Shown here: one piece after another, positions 1 through 9,745 of the stretch
Position numbering within the stretch: position 1 is the stretch's first letter
How the letters are laid out: every line of letters begins with the position of its first letter
Source of the DNA: Myxococcota bacterium
GTDB lineage: Bacteria; Myxococcota_A; Bradymonadia; UBA7976; UBA1532
Direction: 5' to 3'
Length of the DNA: 32,804 nucleotides
Assembly (NCBI GenBank): GCA_036337435.1
Contig: JAYZEG010000082.1
Location: 1 to 32,804 of the forward strand
Notes under the pieces: generated by a model
Told to the model about the DNA's origin: nothing
The model's input: the letters and a program-made list of their open reading frames with translations, nothing else
Databases searched by the model: none
Made by a program: the position numbers and the translations under genes

Positions 1-2
1 GT

Positions 3-3000
3 CATGTCGTCGACAGTGCTGCCGTTGACAGTGGTGCCGTCGACAGTGGTGCCGTCGACAGTGGGGCCGTCGACAGTGGGGCCGTCGACAGTGGGGCCGT
101 TGACAGTGGGGCCGTCGACCCATGCCAAGCGAATACAAGTCATTGTCATGAGGATGCGGTTTGCAATTTTATGAACGGCTCTGTCGATTGCGTGTGTCGT
201 GGTGGATTCCGGGGCGATGGCCGAGACTGCATCGATATAGACGAGTGCGCCGTCGACAATGGCGGGTGTACGCAGGTCTGCAACAACAACGCCGGCGGCT
301 TTAGCTGCGGGTGCAACGCAGGATACGAACTGAATGCGGACGGATTGACCTGTGATGATCGAGACGAGTGCGCCGTCGACAACGGCGGGTGTGGGCAGGT
401 CTGTACCAACAATGCAGGCGGCTTTAGCTGCGGGTGCAACGCAGGATACGAACTGAATGCGGACGGGTTGACCTGTGATGATCGAGACGAGTGCGCCGTC
501 GACAACGGCGGGTGTGGGCAGGTCTGTACCAACAATGCAGGTGGCTTTAGCTGCGGGTGCAATCAAGGTTGGCGTCTCAACGCGAATGGGCGTGGCTGCG
601 ACCGTATTCATGTTTGCGGTGACGGTATTTTGGGCCCAGATGAGCAATGCGATGAAGGCGTGCGGAATACGGACTTGTGTTCGTATGGGGCTCTAGAGTG
701 CCTTGTGTGCAATCAAGATTGCGTACTTACCCGTGGTGCGACACGCTACTGTGGTGATGGTGTCGTTCAACCCATCGAGGGCGAGGCGTGTGATGGGAAC
801 GACCGATGCACTCCGTTTTGCGAGCCGATCCCGAATCCCGTTTCATGGCTCACCGTCCTCGATGGTATCGCTCATGAAGGCGGGACTGAGTCCGCTACCA
901 TGAGGCTTTCTCTGTCCGAGCCCTTTCCGATGGACCGAACCATTTTTTTTCAGGTCACCGGGAGCGCAACGCAGGGGATTGACTATGTCATCTCGGTTGC
1001 AGGCGTTTTGGTCGACTCAAGTCTGATTGTTCCGGCGGGAGAAACCAGTGTTGATATCGTCGTGATGCCGCTTGCCACGCCGGTCGTTGAGGCAAGTGAA
1101 TTTCTCCGCCTTAAAATTGTCCCAGCCCCGGACCTCAGGGTTGATGAAGCCAGTGGCGTTGCACGTGTCGACATCGTTGAGTATGGACCTTCCCCAGGTG
1201 CCGTTTACTACGTTGGACCAGACGGCGATGACGCTGCAGCGGGCACTGAGGGTGCCCCTTTTGCGAGTCTCTCTCACGCTTTGGCGCAGATGAATCCGGG
1301 GGATACGGTATTCCTGTTTGATGGCATATATACAAATCATGGCTATGTGGATGAGCATGGGCCTGATGGCAATGTCCGAATCAATAACGGAGTATTGGCC
1401 CGGGTCACGCAGGCCGGTGACGCGGACCGCTGGACTACCATCGCTGCGTACCCAGATGGAAATGGTCAAAAGCCTGTTCTGCGCTTCGATGGTGCGGGGG
1501 GGATACAGCTCGGAGCTCATGCGAGCCACATCGTGATCGATGGCTTAGAGATAGAGGGGCCCAATCGAGGCATTTTGCATGATTGGGCCCACGCCCATCG
1601 GTGGAGTAAAGAGGCTTACTATAATGGGCGCGGCATTTTTACATGGGGACCAGTACACCACATCGTGATCCGTAATTGTGACATTCATCACACGCCCAAC
1701 TCGGGCATCCGTTTCAACGGGTCAGATTACATTCTGGTCGAAAATAATGTTGTTTCAAATGCCACCTGGTGGTCCACAAGTGCTGAGAGTGGGATTGTCA
1801 TCGCGACGGCACGCCATATCGATGAACAAGATGTTGTCAAGATTCTGTATTCAGGGAACACGGTCTACAACAATTGGAATTTTATGGAGTTCTGTAGTGG
1901 GCAAGGCGGGCCCGTCGGAAATTGGGAAGGGCGCGATGATGATGTTTACGGCAATTGCGATCATTACACCGGTGGGATTATCGACGGCCAAGGACTCTAT
2001 GTGACCCGAAATCGGGACACGTATTTGCACGGGCGGATGCGCTTTGAGAACAATGTTGCCTTCAATAATGGGTTTGGCGGCGTAGTTTATCACAAGACCA
2101 ATCGCGGTGAGTTGGTCAATAATACTGTCTTTATGAATGGTGCTTACCCAGGCACTGGGAACTATACCGGGCTGACGGTGAATACGGTTGACGACCTTCT
2201 CATCCAGAATAACTTGGTTTGGTCTCGTGACAATAATGACTACGGCATTAAGAATAACGGTGAGGCAAATAACATTAGGACGCAGAATAATTTCGTTGTT
2301 GGCTTGAGCCAGTTTGGTGATGGCGAGCAAAATCGCTTTGTTGCATTCGACGATGCCCCTCGATTACAAGACACCTTCGTAAATGTGTCCGACATTTCCC
2401 AATTGCGTCCGGACCCAGATAGTCGAGTTGGGCCGGCGTCTCCAGTCCAGATCGATGATGTCCTCCAAGCTTTGGAGTTAGACTTTCAGTTAAGCGGTCG
2501 CGCTGCCGAGTTGGTCAATGCCGCGGAATTGCTCTCGGCTCCACCCAGCGATGCTGCTGGTCTCGTGCGACCGCAATGGTTTGCACCAGACATCGGCGCA
2601 TTTGAACGACAATCATGTCGACCGCAGTCGCAGTTTATGACCACGGATGTCACTGTTTTGGGAGACGCGACGCGGGGGGACGAGCATTGGACTCTGACCA
2701 CGAATGACCTGGGACAGGCCGGTGCGGTTTGTGAGCAAGGAGTGAGATCTACCGTGAACCCCGGCCATCTCATGATCGAGTTCGATTTTTTTGCAGGTTG
2801 GAGAAATCTCGGCGGTGATGGATTTTCTTACACGCTTCTAGATTCTGTTGCCGACGTTGACTGCGCCCGATTTCCTCTGCCGCAAGTTGAGATGGATACA
2901 GCACCGGTTGGCCTTACTTTTAAGTTCGATACATATCGAAATATCGATATTGACCCGAACACGAATCGAGATTTTATTTCCGTTCGAGCACCAATGACGG

Positions 3001-3440
3001 GTGAACTCCTCGCTTGGGTCGATGTGCCTAATATTGAGAATAACCGCTGGTATCGCGCGTTGATTGACATCCGTTCAGGCCGAATTCAGATTGCTCTTGA
3101 TGGGGTCATTGTCTTGGATGAATCACTGCCTCCTGATGCCTATTTGTTACCGGAGACCACGCGCAACTTGTTCCAAGCCTGGACGGATTCGGAACGCAAC
3201 GTGCACCGAATCCGAGGAGTTCGAGTCACAGCCTGTGCGACAGATGTTGAGCCTGATAACTGCCCTCAAGTTGAGAATGCAGACCAACTTGATACTGACT
3301 TTGATGGTCTTGGGGATGCATGCGATCCGGATCTCGATAACGATGGCCATGCCAATGACGAGGACAATTGTCCACACCTTCCGAATCCGAACCAGATAGA
3401 CAGAAATGATGACCAGGTGGGTGACCTTTGTGAACCGTAG
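3..3440 (+). CDS. 5'-truncated large modular secreted/surface protein: VDSGA linker, EGF plus 3 Ca-binding EGF repeats, myxobacterial Cys-rich repeats, Calx-beta-like domain, right-handed beta-helix (pectin-lyase fold), ConA/L-lectin-like domain, C-terminal thrombospondin type-3 repeats
   Basis: The frame of ORF 171..3440 stays open back to position 3 (HV-VDSAA-(VDSGA)6[20 protein letters not shown]...), so ATG 171 lies inside an EGF module and the start is outside the window. Motifs: DIDEC/DRDEC...CTN..GGFSCGC; CGDG...[24 protein letters not shown]...[10 protein letters not shown]; Asn-ladder repeats ([25 protein letters not shown]); PDIGAFE; GGDGFSY...FDTY; DNCP..N.DQ.D.D.DG.GDACD. Confidence 0.9.
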   Translation, partial: HVVDSAAVDSGAVDSGAVDSGAVDSGAVDSGAVDSGAVDPCQANTSHCHEDAVCNFMNGSVDCVCRGGFRGDGRDCIDIDECAVDNGGCTQVCNNNAGGFSCGCNAGYELNADGLTCDDRDECAVDNGGCGQVCTNNAGGFSCGCNAGYELNADGLTCDDRDECAVDNGGCGQVCTNNAGGFSCGCNQGWRLNANGRGCDRIHVCGDGILGPDEQCDEGVRNTDLCSYGALECLVCNQDCVLTRGATRYCGDGVVQPIEGEACDGNDRCTPFCEPIPNPVSWLTVLDGIAHEGGTESATMRLSLSEPFPMDRTIFFQVTGSATQGIDYVISVAGVLVDSSLIVPAGETSVDIVVMPLATPVVEASEFLRLKIVPAPDLRVDEASGVARVDIVEYGPSPGAVYYVGPDGDDAAAGTEGAPFASLSHALAQMNPGDTVFLFDGIYTNHGYVDEHGPDGNVRINNGVLARVTQAGDADRWTTIAAYPDGNGQKPVLRFDGAGGIQLGAHASHIVIDGLEIEGPNRGILHDWAHAHRWSKEAYYNGRGIFTWGPVHHIVIRNCDIHHTPNSGIRFNGSDYILVENNVVSNATWWSTSAESGIVIATARHIDEQDVVKILYSGNTVYNNWNFMEFCSGQGGPVGNWEGRDDDVYGNCDHYTGGIIDGQGLYVTRNRDTYLHGRMRFENNVAFNNGFGGVVYHKTNRGELVNNTVFMNGAYPGTGNYTGLTVNTVDDLLIQNNLVWSRDNNDYGIKNNGEANNIRTQNNFVVGLSQFGDGEQNRFVAFDDAPRLQDTFVNVSDISQLRPDPDSRVGPASPVQIDDVLQALELDFQLSGRAAELVNAAELLSAPPSDAAGLVRPQWFAPDIGAFERQSCRPQSQFMTTDVTVLGDATRGDEHWTLTTNDLGQAGAVCEQGVRSTVNPGHLMIEFDFFAGWRNLGGDGFSYTLLDSVADVDCARFPLPQVEMDTAPVGLTFKFDTYRNIDIDPNTNRDFISVRAPMTGELLAWVDVPNIENNRWYRALIDIRSGRIQIALDGVIVLDESLPPDAYLLPETTRNLFQAWTDSERNVHRIRGVRVTACATDVEPDNCPQVENADQLDTDFDGLGDACDPDLDNDGHANDEDNCPHLPNPNQIDRNDDQVGDLCEP
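9..119 (+). repeat. 15-bp tandem repeat (GTYGACAGTGSKGCC x7 plus partial) encoding VDSGA linker
   Basis: Units start at 9, 24, 39, 54, 69, 84 and 99, with a partial unit at 114; in frame with the downstream CDS; no spacers. Confidence 0.95.
240..602 (+). repeat. 123-bp tandem repeat x3 encoding 41-aa calcium-binding EGF-like modules
   Basis: gacgagtgcgccgtcgacaa at 240, 363 and 486; copies are nearly identical at DNA level, and the third diverges after about 562. Confidence 0.95.
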
Positions 3441-3607
3441 GATGAACTGAGGAAGGCGAGCGATCCAGAGGCTGGAGCCCCCCATAGGCGGATGGAGCTA
3501 CAACTTTTTATTGTTGGGCTTGGGCTCGCTGGTTTTTCAGGGTGTCCTGTTGGGGCTTCGTGGTAACCTTGTTCATGCTGTTGCCTTGGACTTAATGGGA
3601 GATACCT

Positions 3608-5752
3608 GTGTTTAGAAAACAGTCTTTAGTCTACCTACTCTTCTTTTTGTTTGCGTGTGAAGCAGCTGAAGAAACGTCGAGTTCCGATGGGTCTATTCAG
3701 TTGGACCATCAAATTGTGGACCAGCACATTGACTCAAGGATAGCAGACGCCTCCGTTCCTTTTGCCGATAATGGTGTTGATGCTCAAGTTCCCGAACGTG
3801 GCGTTTGTGGCGACGGCATTGTGGACGATGGTGAGGGCTGTGACGACGGCAACACGGTGACCGAAGAGTGTGCCTACGGTGAGGCTGCGTGCACGGTGTG
3901 TGCGGCCGACTGCACGGAGCAATCTGGCGAGACGGATGTTTGTGGCGACGGCACTGTGGACGACGGTGAGGGCTGTGACGACGGCAATACGGTGACCGAA
4001 GAGTGTGCCTACGGTGAGGCTGCGTGCACGGTGTGTGCGGCGGACTGCACGGAGCAACCCGGCGAGACGGATGTTTGTGGCGACGGCACTGTAGACGATG
4101 GTGAGGGCTGTGACGACGGCAATACGGTGACCGAAGAGTGCTTGAGTGGGCAGCAGGCTTGTGTTGTGTGTGCGGCGGATTGCACTGAACAGCCGGGCGT
4201 AATCCACGCGTGTGATGACCAGCAAAGAAATGGGGAGGAAACAGGGACCGATTGTGGTGGTCCCGATTGTCAATCATGCTTTGACGGTGAAGCCTGTATT
4301 CAGGACCGTGACTGTGCAGGCCTGCATTGCGAGGCAGGTCTCTGTGTGGACCAACTTGTGCGCGTTGCACCTGCACCCTATGCGAGAGCCCTTCGCAATC
4401 CAATGAAAGGGCTGACAACAAATGGTGTCAACCCACACGAATGGGCCAACCTGAATCATGTGTATATTCGGTGGAATGAACTCGAAGACCGCGAGGCGGA
4501 TGGGATCGATAGGATCCGCTGGGTAACAGAGCAAAAGTTTGCGGGCGTTGCGGAGAGAAACGTCAAAGTGATTCCGAGAGTGTATCTGCATTGGTCGCGA
4601 AACGATCAGAAATATTGGCCGTCGGATATGGTTACAGATGATTACACAAGCGAACAATTTCAAAGACGTTTGAGGCGTCTAATCGGCCGGCTCGGCGAGG
4701 TTTGGAATGATGACCCCCGGGTCGCGTTTATCGAGTTGGGCATTTTCGGGAAGTGGGGAGAGCACCATAGCCCTGCGCCCGAACCCTTCATGCAGGCGTT
4801 GGCCGGAGAGGCCTTTGCGGCAGCATTTCCAAACAAACATATCTCAGTGCGGCATGCGTGGCGTGAGTTCGAAGGTCATGATTTCGGAGAGTATTGGGAT
4901 TCGTTTAGTCACTATGACCAAATGTGGCCCCATGGGCAGCAGGTGCACACCATGAATGAGCGGGATGACAGATGGAAACGAAACTATATCGGGGGAGAGA
5001 CCGCATACGATTGGGGTAATTGGGAGCAGCAACCTGGTACAAACCCAACAGATAGCGTGCGTGATCCGATTCATCGAGCGTTCATCATCAATTCAATTCG
5101 ATGGTTGCATTGCACCCAGCTCAGGTGGATCCATGCCTATGATGCAAACGACCCCTTGGCACAGGCAGGTGCAGAAGAGGTTCATAAGGCCATGGGCTAT
5201 CGATATGTCATGGAGGGCGTTGAGTTTTCTCCGCGGGTGACAAACGGTTCGCTTCGTGTTGCTCTCACCATCCGAAATGAAGGGGTTGCGCCATTTTATT
5301 ACCGATGGCCAGTGACAGTGTATTTGCTCGATGAACAGTCCCGACAGCCAGTTTGGCAAGCCCAGTATCAAGGAGCAGACATTCGTACATGGCTCGGTGG
5401 GGAAGAGTGGACGACCCCCGATTGGATTCCAGTCAATCACTGGTCGCAGAACATCGTCGAGAATAGGTGGGCGGATACAGTGCTCGAGTGGGGATTACCA
5501 GCACCGCTCCATCGGATCGATGAACGCTTCGACGTCAACTTGCCCGAGGGGCGCTATTTGCTGGCCGTTGGCATTCCTGACCCGGCCAACGGCCGCCCTA
5601 ATTTGAGGTTCGCCAATGGATGGTACTTGAACGGCGGCTTCCATCCCATCGGTCTCGTCGGTGTCGGCCAACAGGCAGGTGGCCCGTTGCCAGCCGACAT
5701 GGTCTTCGATGACCCCTTCTTCGATCAATCTCTAAGCTACGGCCGCGATTAA
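3608..5752 (+). CDS. Lipoprotein with myxobacterial Cys-rich repeats and a C-terminal DUF4874/DUF4832-type glycoside-hydrolase-like TIM barrel
   Basis: GTG start after GGGAG; signal peptide with lipobox LFAC; three CGDG..DDGEGCDDGN repeats; ETGTDCGG motif; catalytic-like part with NPMKG, W.ELE, FGKWGEHH, GGE, MGYRY and N.GVAPFYY.WPV, recognisable as the DUF4832-associated family. Confidence 0.8.
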   Translation: MFRKQSLVYLLFFLFACEAAEETSSSDGSIQLDHQIVDQHIDSRIADASVPFADNGVDAQVPERGVCGDGIVDDGEGCDDGNTVTEECAYGEAACTVCAADCTEQSGETDVCGDGTVDDGEGCDDGNTVTEECAYGEAACTVCAADCTEQPGETDVCGDGTVDDGEGCDDGNTVTEECLSGQQACVVCAADCTEQPGVIHACDDQQRNGEETGTDCGGPDCQSCFDGEACIQDRDCAGLHCEAGLCVDQLVRVAPAPYARALRNPMKGLTTNGVNPHEWANLNHVYIRWNELEDREADGIDRIRWVTEQKFAGVAERNVKVIPRVYLHWSRNDQKYWPSDMVTDDYTSEQFQRRLRRLIGRLGEVWNDDPRVAFIELGIFGKWGEHHSPAPEPFMQALAGEAFAAAFPNKHISVRHAWREFEGHDFGEYWDSFSHYDQMWPHGQQVHTMNERDDRWKRNYIGGETAYDWGNWEQQPGTNPTDSVRDPIHRAFIINSIRWLHCTQLRWIHAYDANDPLAQAGAEEVHKAMGYRYVMEGVEFSPRVTNGSLRVALTIRNEGVAPFYYRWPVTVYLLDEQSRQPVWQAQYQGADIRTWLGGEEWTTPDWIPVNHWSQNIVENRWADTVLEWGLPAPLHRIDERFDVNLPEGRYLLAVGIPDPANGRPNLRFANGWYLNGGFHPIGLVGVGQQAGGPLPADMVFDDPFFDQSLSYGRD
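3803..4200 (+). repeat. 135-bp tandem repeat x3 encoding 45-aa Cys-rich modules
   Basis: tgtggcgacggc at 3806, 3941 and 4076; copies are nearly identical. Confidence 0.95.
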
Positions 5753-5767
5753 GACCCTTTGCCGAAT

Positions 5768-7375
5768 TCAGGGTGCGCCTTGGCGAAACCGGGGGCTCTG
5801 GGGCGACGCCTGCCGGAGCTTGGGAGGAACAAAACCACCCGTGACCGCTTCGATGGCTGCACCAAGACTAATGAGTGCTGCATCGCCGAATTGAGGGCCC
5901 ATGATACTGACGCCGATGGGCAGGCCTTCGAACTGGGTCATGGGGATGGTCATCGCTGGATAGCCTGAGACCGCCGATGGGGACGATGACCCCACTTCAT
6001 ATCGGTCTCCATGGGCATAGTCGATGGTCCAAGCAGGGCCATTGCTCGGTGCGAGCAATGCGTCGAGTTGGTGTGTTTTCAGGAGACGGTCTAAACCGTC
6101 TGGACCGGCAAGTTTATGGGCAAGTTGTCGAGCAACTTGGTAGCTGTTTTCACTCATCGTCGCGATGCGGGTCGCTTGAATGAAACGATACTGGCCAAAA
6201 TGAGGCATGACCCTGTCCGCATGGACTTGATTGTATTCGATTAAGGCCGCCAACGAGTCGATTGGGAGTCGATTTCTATGGGCCTTCAAATAGGCATTCA
6301 GGTCCCGCTGAAATTCAAAGTAGAGGGTTTGAATTTCCGCTTTACTCAACTGCGGCAGGCCAGGGAAAGTCACGGGTATGAGCTGTACACCTTCTTTAAT
6401 TAATTTGTCTTGAAGGTCGCTGAACGCGGCATTAACGACCCTATTGGTGTGACCCAAATTTTGGATGATACCGAGTCGGAGTTGGCCTAACTGAGTTGGC
6501 TTTGTTGCAGCTTGGCTAATGGCAGCAGCGCGATGCACATGCTCGTCTTTGAGCATGACGGACAAGAGCAATGCTGCATCTTTCACGGTCCGCGCCATGG
6601 GGCCTACAACATCCTGGCTTTTGGCGAGTGGGACAACACCCGCCTGGGAAATTAATTGGCGGGTTGGCTTAATGCCGACGAGCCCGTTCATGGCAGCGGG
6701 GCAAATGATTGAGCCATCTGTTTCAGTCCCTAAGGCGACAGGAGAATAGCCGAGTGCGACGGCAACCGCAGAACCCGAACTGGAGCCACATGGCGTTCGA
6801 CTCGGGTCATACGCGTTGCCTGTCTGGCCTCCGACACTGCTCCAACCACTGGTCGATCGATTGTCCCTAAAATTGGCCCATTCGCTGAGATTGGTTCGTG
6901 CGATAATCAACGCACCAGCCTTACGCAGGGCCGCGACAACAGGCGCATCATGCGTCGCGATGTTGGTCCTTAATGCCAAACTGCCCGCGGTGGTTGGCTC
7001 ACCGCGAATCGCAATATTGTCTTTGACAACCACGGGAACACCATAAAGTGGTGCGGTCTGCGGGACGACGGTCTTCAGATGCCGAAGCTGGCTATCGATG
7101 TCCGTAACCCACCCGATGAGGGCACCGTAGTCCGTATTGGACCGTCGTACCTCGTCGACTCTTGACTTCGAAAGGGCGACGACCTTTGTGGGTGTAAGTC
7201 GGCCGCTGATGATCATCGCTCTCAGGTTTAAGGCCGTCGGATAGGGACCGAGTTCAATTTTCAAAGTATCGCCTGATGTCGCGGCAGAATCGCCCGGTGC
7301 GGGCGACTGCACCGAATCTCCGAAGGCCAGAATACATGCGAGGATGGCCATGACCAATAGTGCGCCCCATTTCAC
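5768..7375 (-). CDS. Secreted amidase-signature family enzyme (peptide-amidase-like)
   Basis: N-terminal hydrophobic signal; LYGVPVVVKDNI (catalytic Lys), TNLSEWANFR, PCGSSSGS and GTETDGSI give the Ser-cisSer-Lys triad. Confidence 0.92.
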   Translation of the reverse strand: MKWGALLVMAILACILAFGDSVQSPAPGDSAATSGDTLKIELGPYPTALNLRAMIISGRLTPTKVVALSKSRVDEVRRSNTDYGALIGWVTDIDSQLRHLKTVVPQTAPLYGVPVVVKDNIAIRGEPTTAGSLALRTNIATHDAPVVAALRKAGALIIARTNLSEWANFRDNRSTSGWSSVGGQTGNAYDPSRTPCGSSSGSAVAVALGYSPVALGTETDGSIICPAAMNGLVGIKPTRQLISQAGVVPLAKSQDVVGPMARTVKDAALLLSVMLKDEHVHRAAAISQAATKPTQLGQLRLGIIQNLGHTNRVVNAAFSDLQDKLIKEGVQLIPVTFPGLPQLSKAEIQTLYFEFQRDLNAYLKAHRNRLPIDSLAALIEYNQVHADRVMPHFGQYRFIQATRIATMSENSYQVARQLAHKLAGPDGLDRLLKTHQLDALLAPSNGPAWTIDYAHGDRYEVGSSSPSAVSGYPAMTIPMTQFEGLPIGVSIMGPQFGDAALISLGAAIEAVTGGFVPPKLRQASPQSPRFRQGAP

Positions 7376-7560
7376 GATACACGGTCCAGAGTTGGTTGAT
7401 TCGCTTCATTTATAGCCGAATTCTGTCTACCACTCATGCCTTGCATGAAAACAGCGTTTGATTTTTATCGACGGTATCCCCCTGGTCACGATGGGCAATG
7501 ATGTTTCGATATGCCGCTTTCGGCTAAAACAATTTATCGCTCTTGAAAGACCAACGTGAA

Positions 7561-7615
7561 ATGAAGGCTGAGGGCCGCTCAAGTGGCTCCGGGTCACCCC
7601 TGAGCCTTTATTTTT
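7561..7615 (+). terminator. Terminator-like stem-loop with T tract, upstream of the aconitase-family gene
   Basis: ATGAAGGCTGAGGG (7561-7574) pairs with CCCTGAGCCTTTAT (7598-7611) with one mismatch and one G-U; T run continues to 7615. Confidence 0.35.
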
Positions 7616-7716
7616 CTATCAAACTGACGTATACAGTTGAAACTTTGAGGGGGACGCGGACTTTCCTTTCATGGCATCAACGCCCTTAGATAAAGACCGC
7701 TTCGAAGGACTGACTT

Positions 7717-9717
7717 TTGACAAAATGGCCGCCCAACCAGATTCGACTCACGCCAGGCAAACGGGTGCTTTTCCTAACGAAGGATTTAGACCTCATTCGG
7801 AAGCAACTCTACGAGGGAGTCGACCTACAGATGGCGGATTTAGCGGTCGATGACCTGCTCGATGACATCAACACCGATGCCATGACGCCCGCTTGGGTTT
7901 GCTTTGATCATGACCCAAGCGAGATCGCAAAAAACGCCTATGCAGGTCTCATGCATCGGGGCGAGAGGGTTTTTAAGACGAACGCTTTAAAGCAAGGCAA
8001 TTTTGAAGTGATTGTCTCCGGGCAGCGAAAAGGGACCGGTTCGTCTCGAGAAACTGCTGCCCAATGTGAGCGCTGGTCTGGAATTCGGCTCGTGATCGCG
8101 GCCTCGTTTGCGCCCATCCATGAGCGTAACAACATCAATCTAGGTCAATTGATGGGCGACCATGAGATGTTGGCTCGGTTACAAGCGGGTGGAACCATCG
8201 ATTTGTCAGAATTTACAGGCCGTTATGACCCGGTGACCCGACTGATTCTCGAGAGTGGGGGACTGTTCGCTTTCGCCGAGAAGTTGAATGCTGGCGAGAT
8301 TAAAGTGCCCGCGTTATCCGATGAGATTCGCCCGATGACGATGGCCGAAAAAATCATCGCACGAAACCTTGTTGGTCAGGTTGATGGCACCTGTGTAAAG
8401 CCTGATGACCCTGTCATCGCCCGAGTTCATGGTGGGTATTCGCACGAGTTCACGACCGCCCAGGTTCACACCTTTTTGAGCGAAGCGTACGGCGCAGATT
8501 ATGCTCTGCCGAAACCCGATCGTTTTGCGGTATTCGAAGACCATTTGCTCTATGCGCATCACAATCCCAAGTTTTTGCCATTCATGGACAAGGTACAGAC
8601 TTTGCGTGATCTGCAGGTCGCCTTTCAAAAGCACACGGGGGTTCGCGACTACTCAGCTGTTGATTCTATCTCGCCAGGCATCTGCCACCAAGTTGCTCGC
8701 GAAGAGTTTATCAATGTGGGCGATTTTATACAGGCGACTGACTCCCACACGTGTATGGGGGGCGCATCGAACGCGCTCACCTATGGCGTTGGCTCAACGG
8801 AATATTCGAGTTTAGTCTATCATGGTTTCACCTTCGTTAAGGTTCCCGAAAGCATTCGATTCGAGTTGATCGGCGAATTGGACCCAGGTTGTACTGCGAA
8901 GGATGTTATCCTGTTCATTTTGGCCGACCATGCAAGACAGGAATTAACCCTGAATCGGTCTATGGAGTTCGGTGGCCCGGGTTTAAAGAGTTTATCGATG
9001 GATGAACGGGCTACTCTCTGCAACATGGCGACAGAATGCAGTGCACGCACTGGAATCTGTGAGGCCGATGAGACAACCATTCAATGGATGAAAGACCGGC
9101 GCCCTGAACAGACCGACGAATTCATCAGGCGGCACATGGTCAAACCCGATGCCGGTGCCCGATATGACGGGGGCAAATTTGTCATCGATCTTTCAAAGAT
9201 TAAGCCGATGGTCGCTCACCCAGGGGATCCGGACAAGGGGATTCCGAGCGACCCAACCAATGGCGCACTGGTCTCTGCAATCGGTGATGTGTCCATTGAT
9301 ATTGCCTACGGTGGTTCCTGTACCGCCGGAAAAATTGATGACATCGCCTATTACGCCCAGGTCTGCGAAGCGGCCGAAAACGCGGGCTTGCGGGTCAAAG
9401 ACGGTGTCGAGTTCTATATTCAATACGGAAGCGGTCACGTCAAGAGTCACGCGATCGCCCAGGGCTGGCATGGTTTGTTTGGCCGTGTTGGCGTGCGCAT
9501 TATTGATCCGGGCTGTGGTGCCTGTATCGGCGCAGGGCCCGGTGTGTCATTGACGCGCGACCAAGTGACCGTCTCCGCCATCAATCGCAATTTTCAGGGT
9601 CGGTCAGGTCCAGGTCGACTCTACCTCGCCTCACCGCTCACAGTCGCAACGTCCGCTTTCACCGGTTGCATCACTGCGTGGAACCCGAGGGTGTTTCGGG
9701 CCAGCACAGCCCAATAG
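7717..9717 (+). CDS. Aconitase-superfamily [4Fe-4S] hydro-lyase; single chain with LeuD-like swivel domain N-terminal to a LeuC-like domain
   Basis: TTG start after GAAGGA. N-terminal INTDAMTP, GTGSSRETA, FAPIHERN (small-subunit motifs); then MTMAEKI, EDH, GICHQ, TDSHTCMGG, GGSCT, PGCGACIG, NRNFQGR and LASP (large-subunit motifs with three Fe-S cysteines). Confidence 0.88.
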   Translation: MTKWPPNQIRLTPGKRVLFLTKDLDLIRKQLYEGVDLQMADLAVDDLLDDINTDAMTPAWVCFDHDPSEIAKNAYAGLMHRGERVFKTNALKQGNFEVIVSGQRKGTGSSRETAAQCERWSGIRLVIAASFAPIHERNNINLGQLMGDHEMLARLQAGGTIDLSEFTGRYDPVTRLILESGGLFAFAEKLNAGEIKVPALSDEIRPMTMAEKIIARNLVGQVDGTCVKPDDPVIARVHGGYSHEFTTAQVHTFLSEAYGADYALPKPDRFAVFEDHLLYAHHNPKFLPFMDKVQTLRDLQVAFQKHTGVRDYSAVDSISPGICHQVAREEFINVGDFIQATDSHTCMGGASNALTYGVGSTEYSSLVYHGFTFVKVPESIRFELIGELDPGCTAKDVILFILADHARQELTLNRSMEFGGPGLKSLSMDERATLCNMATECSARTGICEADETTIQWMKDRRPEQTDEFIRRHMVKPDAGARYDGGKFVIDLSKIKPMVAHPGDPDKGIPSDPTNGALVSAIGDVSIDIAYGGSCTAGKIDDIAYYAQVCEAAENAGLRVKDGVEFYIQYGSGHVKSHAIAQGWHGLFGRVGVRIIDPGCGACIGAGPGVSLTRDQVTVSAINRNFQGRSGPGRLYLASPLTVATSAFTGCITAWNPRVFRASTAQ

Positions 9718-9745
9718 AAGTGGCTGTGCTGAAATCTCGTACCGA

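Noticed and set aside
9..119. Short repeats as a CRISPR array
   Set aside because: 15-bp units are contiguous with no spacers, in frame with a CDS, and no cas genes are present.
146..562. Repetitive minus-strand ORF (also 3693..4421, 3734..4273 and the ORFs over 31131..31725)
   Set aside because: Shadow or alternative-frame ORFs over repeat-encoding real genes; they carry no independent motifs.
3447..3540. tRNA-like cloverleaf
   Set aside because: No T-loop (TTCRA) or D-loop consensus and no proper acceptor stem; kept only as a weak structured-RNA candidate.
5768..7375. gatA (Glu-tRNA amidotransferase subunit A)
   Set aside because: It has a signal peptide and the NLSEWANFR/GTETDGS pattern of secreted amidases, and no gatB/gatC is adjacent.
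7491..7559. Leucine attenuator leader peptide
   Set aside because: The 22-aa ORF (MGNDVSICRFRLKQFIALERPT) and the other short ORFs here have no run of Leu codons.
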